Shown here: in pieces, positions 15,597-24,758 of the stretch
How the letters are laid out: each line of letters opens with the position of its first letter
Position numbering within the stretch: position 1 is the first letter of the stretch
From: a virus
Taxonomy: Duplodnaviria; Caudoviricetes
DNA length: 30,191 nt
IMG/VR virus record: IMGVR_UViG_3300035670_000957
Coordinates: 1-30,191 of that record
Reading direction: 5' to 3' (one strand)
The notes under the pieces: model-generated
Told to the model about the DNA's origin: nothing
What the model saw: the letters and a program-made list of their open reading frames with translations, nothing else
Databases searched by the model: none
Translations under genes and position numbers: made by a program

Positions 15597-17029
15597 TGCG
15601 GCACCACGTACGCCGAGCGCCGGCGCACCGCCCAATTCTGTGTCACGGTCACATACTGGATCGAGCTCGAGATAAACGTGCCGTAGATCGTGCCGGTGTT
15701 CGGTGCCTGGTGAATGGCGAGATCGCCGTAAACGAGCGTCGCCGGATAGCGCAGCGCATCGGCGCTGGTGCGGATGTCTGCCGTGGGCCGCGGCGTGACC
15801 GTCGGGCGATGATATGTCACCAGCCCATCAGCGCTGTATGTTGGCATGCTGCCGTCCACGTATATGGCTGCGTTGTACTGACGCGGGTAGAACGCGTAGA
15901 GCGCCGCGATGTCGATCAGCTCGCCGACTGGCGCCGTGCCGCGCGATACGCTGATCTCGATGTCGTCGAAGCTGCCGCGCAGCGGGAAGAATCCCATATG
16001 CACGACGTATACCTGCTCTGTCGTCGGCGATACGATCTCGATCGGCACTGGCGGACCCTGTACCTCCCACGTCGTGCCCGCCGGGCCGCGCAGTGTGGCG
16101 CGCAAAACCCACGGCTCGCCGTGAATCGACACCAACGACGTGGCCACCGTCAGGTACAGATCGAATCCTCCCGCCAGTGGCGAGCCGAGCGTCAGGCCGA
16201 TGGTAGCGTTGTCGACCACGGCAGACGTTGACGTAAATCTCAGGTAGTTGATGTTGAGTGCTGGCGGATACGCGTACGTGCCGGGAGGCAGCGTGCCCAT
16301 GCCCATGCCCGGAGGCAGTGCGGTGAAGATCGACGTGTCGCCGATCGTCCAGTCGCCGTCGAAGACCGAAACGGTGCCGCCGCCCGGGATGAATGTCGAC
16401 GCGTCGATGGTCACCAGATCCGCTGTGCTCTGATGCATGAGCAGCAGGCCACGCACGCGCGCCTCCGGGCCGACGACCGGCGTGAGCGACACCTCGATCG
16501 GCGACGGCACCGGATGGCTGGCCAGCGTGAATGCCGTGGTGGTCCGCGCTGCCACGGCCGACGCCGTCGCCGTTGTCGCGGCTGCGCTCGAGATCCACAG
16601 GCCACGTCGTCGCATCGATAGCGTGATCGATGAGATCTCGTTGATGATCAGCAGATCTGCCCAGTCTGCCGACAGCCCGGCGCCGCCACCGTCCGGCCCG
16701 AGCAGCGCAGCCTCGAGCACGACGCCGGAGCCGAGCGTGCTGTTATCGATTCGGATGCGGAGCTTCACGCAGGCCACGTCCTCGCCGCGCGCCCAGCGTC
16801 GCGCCTGGTCGAGGAGCCGCACGATCTCGCGCAGATCCGGGATGGCAGTGCTCCCCTGCGCCGTGACGGTGATCTGCTCGCTGACGTCGTTGTACGGGCC
16901 ACGACCGCCGAGGTCGCTGATGATCGGCGGGGCGACTTGCAGTGGCCAGCCGGTGGCGGCGAGATGCAGCGACGTCGTGCTGATCAGGCTGATCGTGGTC
17001 GTGCCGTCGCTGATGGACAGTGTTTGCAT
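15593..17029 (-). CDS. Minor tail protein (distal-tail position)
   Basis: Directly follows the TMP gene; beta-rich, 478 aa. Confidence 0.65.
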   Translation of the reverse strand: MQTLSISDGTTTISLISTTSLHLAATGWPLQVAPPIISDLGGRGPYNDVSEQITVTAQGSTAIPDLREIVRLLDQARRWARGEDVACVKLRIRIDNSTLGSGVVLEAALLGPDGGGAGLSADWADLLIINEISSITLSMRRRGLWISSAAATTATASAVAARTTTAFTLASHPVPSPIEVSLTPVVGPEARVRGLLLMHQSTADLVTIDASTFIPGGGTVSVFDGDWTIGDTSIFTALPPGMGMGTLPPGTYAYPPALNINYLRFTSTSAVVDNATIGLTLGSPLAGGFDLYLTVATSLVSIHGEPWVLRATLRGPAGTTWEVQGPPVPIEIVSPTTEQVYVVHMGFFPLRGSFDDIEISVSRGTAPVGELIDIAALYAFYPRQYNAAIYVDGSMPTYSADGLVTYHRPTVTPRPTADIRTSADALRYPATLVYGDLAIHQAPNTGTIYGTFISSSIQYVTVTQNWAVRRRSAYVVPQ

Positions 17030-19887
17030 TAGATGCCTCGCGGTAGCTGCGACTGCACAATGCCACGGCGCGCGGCTTCGTCCATCCCATCGCGGACGGC
17101 GCGCTTGATGGCGTCGATGTCGCGCGCGTCGCGGACGCTGCCGATGTTGATGACGATCGATGGGCTGGAGCCCGCTGTGACCGATGCGCCAGGTAGCACG
17201 CTACCGACTGCTGCCCCTCGTGTCGTTGGTGGCGGCGCTGGCAGCATCGCGGCAGCGCTGCGCGTGACCTTGAATCCGAGCAGCGCCAGCGCATCGCGAA
17301 TCGGCTTTGGCAGCGACTCGAGCGCGTTCCTGACCACATCCTTGAACGCGGTCTTGATGGACTCGAGGCTATTGCTGATGCCGTTTTTGATGCCGTTGAT
17401 CAGACTGTTCGCAATAGCTGTCGCTTGAGTCGCCAAGGAAAACGTGCTCAGCCAATCCTTCACAGAGGTTATGGCGTCGATTACATCGTCTTTGATATCA
17501 CTCAACGGTGTTGTGATTGCGCTCGCCGCGTCGGTGATCGTCGAGGTGATACGAGACTTGATGTTGCTCAGATTGCTGGTGATGCCGTTCCACGCGTCGT
17601 TGATCGTCGAGATGATGCGAGACTTGATGTTCGCCAGATTGCTGGTGATCCCGTTCCACGCGTCGTTGATCGTCGAGATGATTCGATTCTTGATGTTCGC
17701 CAGGTAGCCTGTGATGCCGTTCCACGCGTCGTTGATCGTCGAGATGATGCGAGACTTGATGTTCGCCAGATTGCTGGTGATCCCGTTCCACGCGTCGTTG
17801 ATCGTCGAGATGATGCGAGACTTGATGTTCGCTAGATTGCTGGTGATCCCGTTCCACGCGTCGTTGATCGTCGAGATGATGCCGTTCTTGATCGTCGTCA
17901 GCGTTGTGGTGATCCCGTTCCACGCGTCGTTGATGGCGTTGACGATGCCGTTCTTGATGTTCGCCAGGTACCCTGTGATCCCGTTCCACGCGTCGTTGAT
18001 CGTCGAGATGATGCGATTCTTGATGTTCGCCAGGTAGCCTGTGATCCCGTTCCACGCGTCGGTGATGGCGTTGACGATGCCGTTCTTGATCGTTGTCAGC
18101 GGCGGACCGATAACCGCCCAGATGGCGCTGAACGTCGTCACGATGCCGTTGTAGATACCATCGACGATCAACTTCAGACCATTCTGCAGGCCTTGCCAAT
18201 CGCCTCGGATCAGCGCGGTGATGGTCTGCACCACGCCGCGGATCACGGTCATGAATGCACTGATCTGCTGGCTGATGTAGCGGAACACACCGATGGCGAA
18301 GTCCTGAATCTGTTTGCCGTATGTCTGCCAGTACGTTTGAATCGCTTTGAGAATGTTGTTGATCACCTTGCCGATACCGATCATCGCCGCGTTGATCAGC
18401 TGGTAGATGTCATTCCACAGCGCGCCGAGCTGCGTCGCGAGGTCGTTCACCGTGGCGATGATCTCGTCGCCGTATGTCGCCCAAAACTCCGCGATCACCT
18501 CGGTGATGGTCGCGACCGTTGCCTCGATCTGCATCATCACGCTGCGCACCACGGCCTGCGCCGTTTTGAAGATTCGGTCGATGGTTTCGCCAACCTGTGG
18601 GAAGTTGGTATTGATGTACTCCACCAGCTTCATGCCGCCGGCCACCACGGCGAACAATGCGGCGACAAACGCGACCGTGGTCGCAATCACGCCGGCAATC
18701 GGCGCGATCACGGATGCCAGCGCAGCGACCAGCGCCACGCCGACCACTGCCACGAGTCCAACAATGATCGGGATGAGATTGTCCTGGACGATCTTGATGA
18801 ACGGCTGCAGCGCCGCGACGATCGCAGTCCCCTGGCCGGCGAACTGCTCGAGGCCCGGCACCAGCTTGAACACTTCCTCGAAGAGCTGCGCCAGCGGATC
18901 CTCGGCAGCCATGATGCTGTTCGCCACGCCCAGCAGCAGATCGCTGAGCGGCAGCAGCGCGAGCGAGAACTTGTCGAAGATCAGCGCCGGAACTTCGCCG
19001 AGTGAGCCCAGGATCACGCCGCGCTCGGCCTCGGCGGTTTCGCCGAGCTGTTCCATGCTCGTGCCGGTCATGGTCAGTTGCGACATGATCTGCGGGCCGA
19101 GGTCTTCCCACTGCGTGCCGAAAAACTCAATACCAATTGTATTTCTCAACAGCTCGTTGTCGAGACCGTTGAGTGCCGGCAATAGCTCTTTCATGGCATC
19201 AGCTACTGAATATGTTCCAGCCTGCATACCGTATACAATGCGATTAAAGTCTAAACTTGTGAAGCCCAGCGTTTTTAATCGTTGTTCAAATAGATTAACC
19301 TCCTTCATTTCTCCTTCATCAAATATCTTAAGTGTTTGATTAGGTAACTCGCGAATGCGAATGCCGAACTCCTTGAAGGCGTCGGCGGCCTTGTCGGTGC
19401 CGAGCACACCGCCGGCCAAGCCGCTCTCGAGCAGCGAGAAGAACTCCTCGGCGGTGGCGCCGCCATCGACGAACAGGTTCGAGTACTCGCCGATGCTGTC
19501 GAGGAAATCGCCGGAGGCATTGAGCCCGCGACTGAACCCCGACACGATGAGGTCGGTGGCTTCCTCACTGGTCAGCCCGAAATCCTCCATCAGCGTGCGC
19601 GTCGCCGCCACCGTCTTGGTGACGTCTTCGCCGTACCTGCGCGCCAGCAGCTGAGCATCGTCAAGCACTGCGGTTAGATCGACGTCGTTGAGTCCCTGCA
19701 GAACGGTGCGCGCGTTCGATGCCTGGTCGCCGATGTTCATCAGCCCGGCAGTGATCGCAGCAACCCCGGCGCCGGCTGCGACGGCTGCGCTGGTGCCGAG
19801 CCCCGTCAGGCCGGTGTTGAGGTCTTTGATGGCGCCCTTCGCCATGTCCTTGAGCTTGACGATGATCTCGAGCTCGGCTGTGGCCAT
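17029..19887 (-). CDS. Tail tape measure protein
   Basis: About 950 aa and helical; TDKAADAFKEF and FGTQWEDLG motifs, hydrophobic middle region, Trp-periodic repeats. Confidence 0.93.
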   Translation of the reverse strand: MATAELEIIVKLKDMAKGAIKDLNTGLTGLGTSAAVAAGAGVAAITAGLMNIGDQASNARTVLQGLNDVDLTAVLDDAQLLARRYGEDVTKTVAATRTLMEDFGLTSEEATDLIVSGFSRGLNASGDFLDSIGEYSNLFVDGGATAEEFFSLLESGLAGGVLGTDKAADAFKEFGIRIRELPNQTLKIFDEGEMKEVNLFEQRLKTLGFTSLDFNRIVYGMQAGTYSVADAMKELLPALNGLDNELLRNTIGIEFFGTQWEDLGPQIMSQLTMTGTSMEQLGETAEAERGVILGSLGEVPALIFDKFSLALLPLSDLLLGVANSIMAAEDPLAQLFEEVFKLVPGLEQFAGQGTAIVAALQPFIKIVQDNLIPIIVGLVAVVGVALVAALASVIAPIAGVIATTVAFVAALFAVVAGGMKLVEYINTNFPQVGETIDRIFKTAQAVVRSVMMQIEATVATITEVIAEFWATYGDEIIATVNDLATQLGALWNDIYQLINAAMIGIGKVINNILKAIQTYWQTYGKQIQDFAIGVFRYISQQISAFMTVIRGVVQTITALIRGDWQGLQNGLKLIVDGIYNGIVTTFSAIWAVIGPPLTTIKNGIVNAITDAWNGITGYLANIKNRIISTINDAWNGITGYLANIKNGIVNAINDAWNGITTTLTTIKNGIISTINDAWNGITSNLANIKSRIISTINDAWNGITSNLANIKSRIISTINDAWNGITGYLANIKNRIISTINDAWNGITSNLANIKSRIISTINDAWNGITSNLSNIKSRITSTITDAASAITTPLSDIKDDVIDAITSVKDWLSTFSLATQATAIANSLINGIKNGISNSLESIKTAFKDVVRNALESLPKPIRDALALLGFKVTRSAAAMLPAPPPTTRGAAVGSVLPGASVTAGSSPSIVINIGSVRDARDIDAIKRAVRDGMDEAARRGIVQSQLPRGI
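17540..18095 (-). repeat. 66-bp (22-aa) tandem repeats in the TMP
   Basis: TTCCACGCGTC recurs every 66 nt from 17588 to 18050 (8 copies); protein unit INDAWNGITSNLANIKSRIIST. Confidence 0.95.
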
Positions 19888-20111
19888 CACCGTCTCCGTT
19901 CTGCTGCCTTGCGCTCGGATTCCTGCTGCTGTGTCCGGGCCTCGTATGCTGCCATGATCTCGTCGAGCGCGTCGGGATCGAGGTCATCGACGTCGCGCAG
20001 ATCGAGGCGCGCCACGTCCATCAGCAGCAGGTTGATGTGGGCGTCGTACTGTCCGGCGCTGACCGCGCGTCCGCGAAACCGCGCACGCCACCGCGCGATC
20101 AGCTCGTTGCG
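19887..20111 (-). CDS. Tail assembly chaperone extension (gpGT-like) reached by -1 frameshift
   Basis: The -1 frame is open from the slippery site: RNELIARWRARF...DALDEIMAAYEARTQQQESERKAAERRR*. Its stop overlaps the TMP start. Confidence 0.8.
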   Translation of the reverse strand, partial: RNELIARWRARFRGRAVSAGQYDAHINLLLMDVARLDLRDVDDLDPDALDEIMAAYEARTQQQESERKAAERRR

Positions 20112-20467
20112 TTTGGGCTGCGGCGCGTGTTCCGATCACTAATCTCCTGCAGCACGCGCTGTACCAGCGGCTCACTGGCGTCCAGCTCGCCGATCGTCTC
20201 CGGCGTGCAGACCACGCCGTTGAACGACGGGCCCTGCCAGGCCACGATGTTCTGCCGAAGCAACGCGAGCTGGTACAGGCCGACGTCGATGTCGACCTCC
20301 ATCGCACGCCCGCCGGAGCCCTTCATGGACGTTGCCTCTGACTGCACCGCCTGCTGTACCGCGACGCTCATGCGGTTCCGGATCCAGATGATGTCGATAG
20401 CCGGCGTGATCGCAGCGTCAGCGACCTCGCCGTCCACGCCGATAGCTACCCTGCCTTTGGCGAACAT
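20099..20467 (-). CDS. Tail assembly chaperone (gpG-like)
   Basis: Lies between the major tail and TMP genes; AGGAG RBS; slippery site at the 3' end. Confidence 0.8.
   Translation of the reverse strand: MFAKGRVAIGVDGEVADAAITPAIDIIWIRNRMSVAVQQAVQSEATSMKGSGGRAMEVDIDVGLYQLALLRQNIVAWQGPSFNGVVCTPETIGELDASEPLVQRVLQEISDRNTRRSPNATS
20111..20117 (-). other. -1 programmed frameshift heptamer C CCA AAC
   Basis: Correctly phased X XXY YYZ, three codons before the chaperone stop. Confidence 0.8.
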
Positions 20468-20491
20468 GTCTGCGTCTCCTGCTCAAAAATC

Positions 20492-21499
20492 TTAGAGTGT
20501 CGCCGAGTCGTTGAACACCTTGATCTGGCAGTCGCTCGCCAGCGTGGCGTCGACCTGCCCCTCGATGGTCAGCTCCACGGTGCGGTTGCTGTCCGCGTTT
20601 GTGCCCCACGACAGCGCCGTGAACGGCCCGTACGTGTCGACGATTACCTGATGATTGAATCCGGATTCGATCGTCGCACCGTTGTGGATCACGCGGACCC
20701 TCAACGTATCGTGTGCTGCCCAGTTGTCGTACTGCGTCATGTCCGGCAGTTCCATCACGATCGTGGTGGTGATTCCGATCACGCGTGAACGCCCGGTCCT
20801 GGCGAAGTCGAGCGTGCTGGACGCACCGCCGCCCAGGTACTTGAACGTGACGCCGGTGCGCAGCGTGTGGCTCGCGCTGACCAGACGTCCCGTCACTGCC
20901 GTGGTGCCGATCGCCGAGCTGGTGTCGATGAACAAACTCATCATCTGGCCCGGCAACATCGCGCCAGCCGTCGCAGCTGGTGCCGCGTCTGCCGGCGAAT
21001 TGGTCGCGAGCTTGCGACACTCGCCATTTCCGGCAAATGTCAGGACACCATCCTCGCTCGACGCGTCGTTCGACAGCGTCGCCTCGAGGAACATGGCGTA
21101 GGCGCCGACCCACTGTCGGATCGAGCTGTCGCCGAACCACACCGTGTAGCTCTCGATGTCATCGGCTGTGATGTCGCGGGCGAAGGCCCACTCGCGTGTG
21201 TTCGTCGCGCCGCCAGGCGTGGTGGCAGAGACGTTGCCGTTCAGGATACCGCTGAGCAGGAACGGCAAGATGCGCGTGTCGACGGGCCCCTCGGCGATCT
21301 CGAACGTGGCGCCGTACCGCGTCGCGACGGTGCGGTAGTTGCTGGCCAGCGTGCCGCGACTCTCGTCGGGCGCCTGGACGCTCTTCGTCGGCGTGATGCT
21401 GCCGCCGAGGTGGATGAGATGTGTCGGCGCGCTGATCGCAGTACCGCGCGTCGACTCGATCGCGGCCAGCAGTGTCTCAAAGGCTAGCTCGACGGCCAT
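20492..21499 (-). CDS. Major tail (tube) protein
   Basis: 335 aa; N-terminal AIESTRGT; positioned upstream of the chaperone. Confidence 0.8.
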   Translation of the reverse strand: MAVELAFETLLAAIESTRGTAISAPTHLIHLGGSITPTKSVQAPDESRGTLASNYRTVATRYGATFEIAEGPVDTRILPFLLSGILNGNVSATTPGGATNTREWAFARDITADDIESYTVWFGDSSIRQWVGAYAMFLEATLSNDASSEDGVLTFAGNGECRKLATNSPADAAPAATAGAMLPGQMMSLFIDTSSAIGTTAVTGRLVSASHTLRTGVTFKYLGGGASSTLDFARTGRSRVIGITTTIVMELPDMTQYDNWAAHDTLRVRVIHNGATIESGFNHQVIVDTYGPFTALSWGTNADSNRTVELTIEGQVDATLASDCQIKVFNDSATL

Positions 21500-21514
21500 G
21501 GTGATGTCCTCCGT

Positions 21515-22213
21515 TTATCGTGTCCGACCGACTGTGATGCGGCACGTACCGCCGGTACTGCCGCCTGCCACGATGATCCGTACTGCCGGAACCCCCGGCT
21601 GCAGCACCGTGGCAAAGTTGGTGTTCGCTGTCAGCGTTGTTGTTGCTGAGATCGCCGCGCCCTGTGCGGGATACAAGAACGCACTGAACGTTTGCGTGGT
21701 CGACTGTGTGATCACAATCGATACGCCAACGTTGGTTCCAATGTGCGTTGAGGGATGCACCGTATAGGTCATAGCAGTGCCAGCCGGAGCCACGGTTTGC
21801 TCAATGCCAATGGTGACGTTGTTGTACCCGGCGTATCCCACTGGGATCACGAAGTTGATGGTCCCACCAGCTGGGCTATATGAGCCGGCAACTGGCGCGG
21901 TGGTTCCGTTTATCAAGATGTCATTCGTGAATGACGTATCCAGCGCGCCATTGCGATAGTGGTCGCCTGTGGGCGAAGACGCGGACATGATCGACATCAC
22001 ACCACCGGCAAGCCCATTGAAGTCCGCGGTTGCCAGCGTAACTGGGATGCTGTCCGCGCGCGCCGATTGCCCCAGCAGCACCGCGCCGCTCGTGCCGTGC
22101 ACCAGCACAGCGCCAGCATGCAGCTGCGACGAGATCTCGATTGCCCGGATGCTGCGCTGCGTCGTGCCCGACGGCGTTGTCACGGGTTCCAAGATGCTAT
22201 AGTTGTCTGCCAT
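21515..22213 (-). CDS. Hypothetical virion protein (beta-rich, T/G/A-rich)
   Basis: Inserted between the tail terminator and major tail genes; good RBS. Confidence 0.65.
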   Translation of the reverse strand: MADNYSILEPVTTPSGTTQRSIRAIEISSQLHAGAVLVHGTSGAVLLGQSARADSIPVTLATADFNGLAGGVMSIMSASSPTGDHYRNGALDTSFTNDILINGTTAPVAGSYSPAGGTINFVIPVGYAGYNNVTIGIEQTVAPAGTAMTYTVHPSTHIGTNVGVSIVITQSTTQTFSAFLYPAQGAAISATTTLTANTNFATVLQPGVPAVRIIVAGGSTGGTCRITVGRTR

Positions 22214-22214
22214 G

Positions 22215-22661
22215 TCAGCCTCTCAGCACTTTATCGTGTACCGCCGTCGTGATGTCGACGATCCTATACTCGTTGCCGTCGACGACGATCCAGCCCGTGG
22301 CAATGCTCTCGATGGTCGCGCCGCTGCCCGCTGTGATCAGTCCCGCGAGCGTGCGGTTCGTCGAGACCTCCATGAGATCAAGCGCTGCGCCGGTATAGTA
22401 TCGCACATCGCGCTCGGCCTGCTCGGTGTCGCGCCACGACAGCAGGATGCGCGAGATCAGGCGATACCGATACGCGACCAGGCGCGTGTTGCTGCCGGCC
22501 GACGTGGTCGCGTCGCTGCGCTCCACGTTGTCGAGCAGCGTGTACAGCAGCGGCGGAGCCTGGACGGCGCGAGGCTCGTACGGCAGCGTCGCTGTGATCC
22601 CCGGCATGCTGCCGTAGATCGTGTGCAGGTTCGTGACGATGTCCTCGAGACGATAGCTCAC
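22215..22661 (-). CDS. Putative tail terminator / completion protein
   Basis: Size and synteny only. Confidence 0.55.
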   Translation of the reverse strand: MSYRLEDIVTNLHTIYGSMPGITATLPYEPRAVQAPPLLYTLLDNVERSDATTSAGSNTRLVAYRYRLISRILLSWRDTEQAERDVRYYTGAALDLMEVSTNRTLAGLITAGSGATIESIATGWIVVDGNEYRIVDITTAVHDKVLRG

Positions 22662-23071
22662 GAGTCACCTACGATCTTCTGCCCGGCCTTGTCGATCTCG
22701 TCGCGGATCGGTTCCTGCGCGCGCTGCAGCGCCCACTCGAGGAACGGCTTGCGGCGATGAACCCGCTTGGCGTACACGACGTTCGTGCCGACGATGCCGC
22801 GCTGGCGCGGCAGCTCCACGCGCGACGTGATCGACCGTCGCAGATTGCCGGTCATCACCGGCGTGTACTCGCCGAGCGTCATGTCGCGGAACACGCGGCC
22901 GCCCATCATGATCGGACGTGGTCGCGGGCCACGCGGCCCCGGCTTCTTCGTCTCCGCCAGCACGCGGGCCGTGGCCCGCGTGATCAGCGAGTCGAGGATC
23001 TTCTGGGCGCGCTCCGGATCGAGTCGCTGCAGCAGCTGCTCGAGCCCGTCGATGTCGATGCGCGTGGTCAT
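22658..23071 (-). CDS. HK97 gp10-like neck/tail-completion protein
   Basis: TPVMTGNLRRSI, VGTNVVYA and KPFL motifs. Confidence 0.8.
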   Translation of the reverse strand: MTTRIDIDGLEQLLQRLDPERAQKILDSLITRATARVLAETKKPGPRGPRPRPIMMGGRVFRDMTLGEYTPVMTGNLRRSITSRVELPRQRGIVGTNVVYAKRVHRRKPFLEWALQRAQEPIRDEIDKAGQKIVGDS

Positions 23072-23946
23072 GTCACCACCTCGCGCCACTGCATCCGCGC
23101 GCGCTGGATCACCATGCGCTGCGTGGCGTTCAGCCCGCCGATGTACGTGACTGAACCACCGCCCTCAACGCCCTGCGTCTCGCTGTACAAACCGCGATCC
23201 CGCTGTCTCCACATGTTGACGGCGAGCTCGAGCGCGATCTGCTGCACGTCGGCTGGCGCTGCGCCGTAGCCGTACACCGCCGTGACGCGGTAGACGCGCG
23301 ACGCCGGCCAGCGGTACTCGGTGCCGGCAGCGATGACGTAGCCGTCCTGCTGGACGTAGTCGTCCGTGCTGATCGTCGTGCCGGTCGTGCTGGTCAGGGT
23401 ATCGACCTCGACCACGCTGGTCACGCTGCCGTGCTGGTGCGCCGGCAGTCGGAGATACGTTGTGCGGTACGGCTCGGTGCGGATGTTGCGCGCCGTCGCG
23501 GCGCCGTACGCGGCGTAGGCCACCGGCAGCAGCGCGGCTTCGACCATCGCGCAGGCCCGGTCGAGGATGTCCTGCAGCAGCGCGTCCAGCGCCGGGACGA
23601 TCGTCACCGACGGTGTCGTTCCGCCGGTGAGGCTGTTGGTGCCGAGCAGCAGCGGCGATGCAATCCGCGCGCTGCGCGCCGACCACACCACCAGGTACGG
23701 TCCGCCGGCGCTGCCGTACACCGACACCGGCGACGCGTCGCCCGACGTCGCGGCCACCGTCGTGATCGCCGCCTGCACGGTGGCTGGCGTGGCGTTGTAC
23801 GCAATGGCAACCGTCGCGACGCCCTGGTACGTCAGCGTGTACGTGCCGCCAGTCGGCGAGCCGGTGACCGTCACGCGCTGCGCGGCGCGATCCGGCACCT
23901 GGTCGAGGTACTCGCGCAGATCGGTAACGGTCAGCCCCAGCGCCAT
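23068..23946 (-). CDS. Head-tail connector (gp6-like) with an inserted beta domain
   Basis: LTVTDLREYL...DALLQDILDRACAMVE...VTAVYGYGAAPADVQQIALEL adaptor pattern, interrupted by about 100 aa. Confidence 0.75.
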   Translation of the reverse strand: MALGLTVTDLREYLDQVPDRAAQRVTVTGSPTGGTYTLTYQGVATVAIAYNATPATVQAAITTVAATSGDASPVSVYGSAGGPYLVVWSARSARIASPLLLGTNSLTGGTTPSVTIVPALDALLQDILDRACAMVEAALLPVAYAAYGAATARNIRTEPYRTTYLRLPAHQHGSVTSVVEVDTLTSTTGTTISTDDYVQQDGYVIAAGTEYRWPASRVYRVTAVYGYGAAPADVQQIALELAVNMWRQRDRGLYSETQGVEGGGSVTYIGGLNATQRMVIQRARMQWREVVT

Positions 23947-23947
23947 G

Positions 23948-24226
23948 TCAGTACTCCACGATGGTCACGCCGATGGCTTGCGTGTTGCCCGCGGTCGTGA
24001 TGCCGTAGATGCTGTCGCCCGGTGGCAGTGGTCCGTTGATGTACTGATTGCCGCTGCCAGCGCCGGACAGCGTGACACCAGCGCCGGCCACGACCGTTGC
24101 CGGGCCGATGGTGACAGGATGTCCGCCGTTGTCGTGGCTGATGTAGATTTGGCAGCCGTTCGATGCCGACTTGTGAATCAGCGTCGCCGTCTCTGCAATG
24201 GTTACCGTCTTGCTGATGATCGCCAT
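23948..24226 (-). CDS. Small hypothetical virion protein (92 aa)
   Basis: GGAGG RBS before MAIISKTV; the longer ORF-track start overlaps another gene. Confidence 0.7.
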   Translation of the reverse strand: MAIISKTVTIAETATLIHKSASNGCQIYISHDNGGHPVTIGPATVVAGAGVTLSGAGSGNQYINGPLPPGDSIYGITTAGNTQAIGVTIVEY

Positions 24227-24244
24227 ATGACCTCCGAGATGCTT

Positions 24245-24270
24245 CGACCGGCGAGTTGCCCCGCCGGTCG
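24245..24270. other. Intergenic GC stem-loop
   Basis: CGACCGGCG-n8-CGCCGGTCG; no U tract. Confidence 0.45.
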
Positions 24271-24279
24271 TCGCTGCGA

Positions 24280-24756
24280 TCAGATCACCGACCACACGAT
24301 GTACGCGTTGCCGACGAGGCCCGCCGACGCGCCGCTCGCCACCGAGCCGGTGACAAACTGCGTGCTGGTGACCTTGCGCGACATCGATCCGTTGGTGCCG
24401 GCGTTCGTCGCGCTGTTGAGAACCTTCGCCGCCGTCGCCAGACTGGCGCCGTCGATCAGCGTGTCGTTCAGCGTCGTGGCGTTCGCGGCCACACCGACAT
24501 CGATGGTGCAGGCGCCGGTCGTGTTCGTCGTGACATCGAGCATCACGCTGTGCACGAGGATCGCGGCGCCTGCCGGATTCGCCCACGCGAACACGCCGCC
24601 CGCCGTGTCGACAGCGGCCAGCGCGACCTTCGTCACGCGTGGCACGCCGACCGTCGCCGTCGCTGCGATCGTCATCGTGCCGTTGACGGTCAGCGTACCG
24701 TCCACGACCCACGACGCGCCGCCCTGCTCGCTGTAGTTGCTGCTGTTGTAGGTCAT
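24280..24756 (-). CDS. Putative capsid decoration / fibre-like protein
   Basis: A/T/G/V-rich, 158 aa, downstream of the capsid gene. Confidence 0.55.
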   Translation of the reverse strand: MTYNSSNYSEQGGASWVVDGTLTVNGTMTIAATATVGVPRVTKVALAAVDTAGGVFAWANPAGAAILVHSVMLDVTTNTTGACTIDVGVAANATTLNDTLIDGASLATAAKVLNSATNAGTNGSMSRKVTSTQFVTGSVASGASAGLVGNAYIVWSVI

Positions 24757-24758
24757 GA

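Noticed and set aside
14052-17029. Diversity-generating retroelement targeting the tail genes
   Set aside because: No reverse transcriptase and no TR/VR repeat pair was seen.
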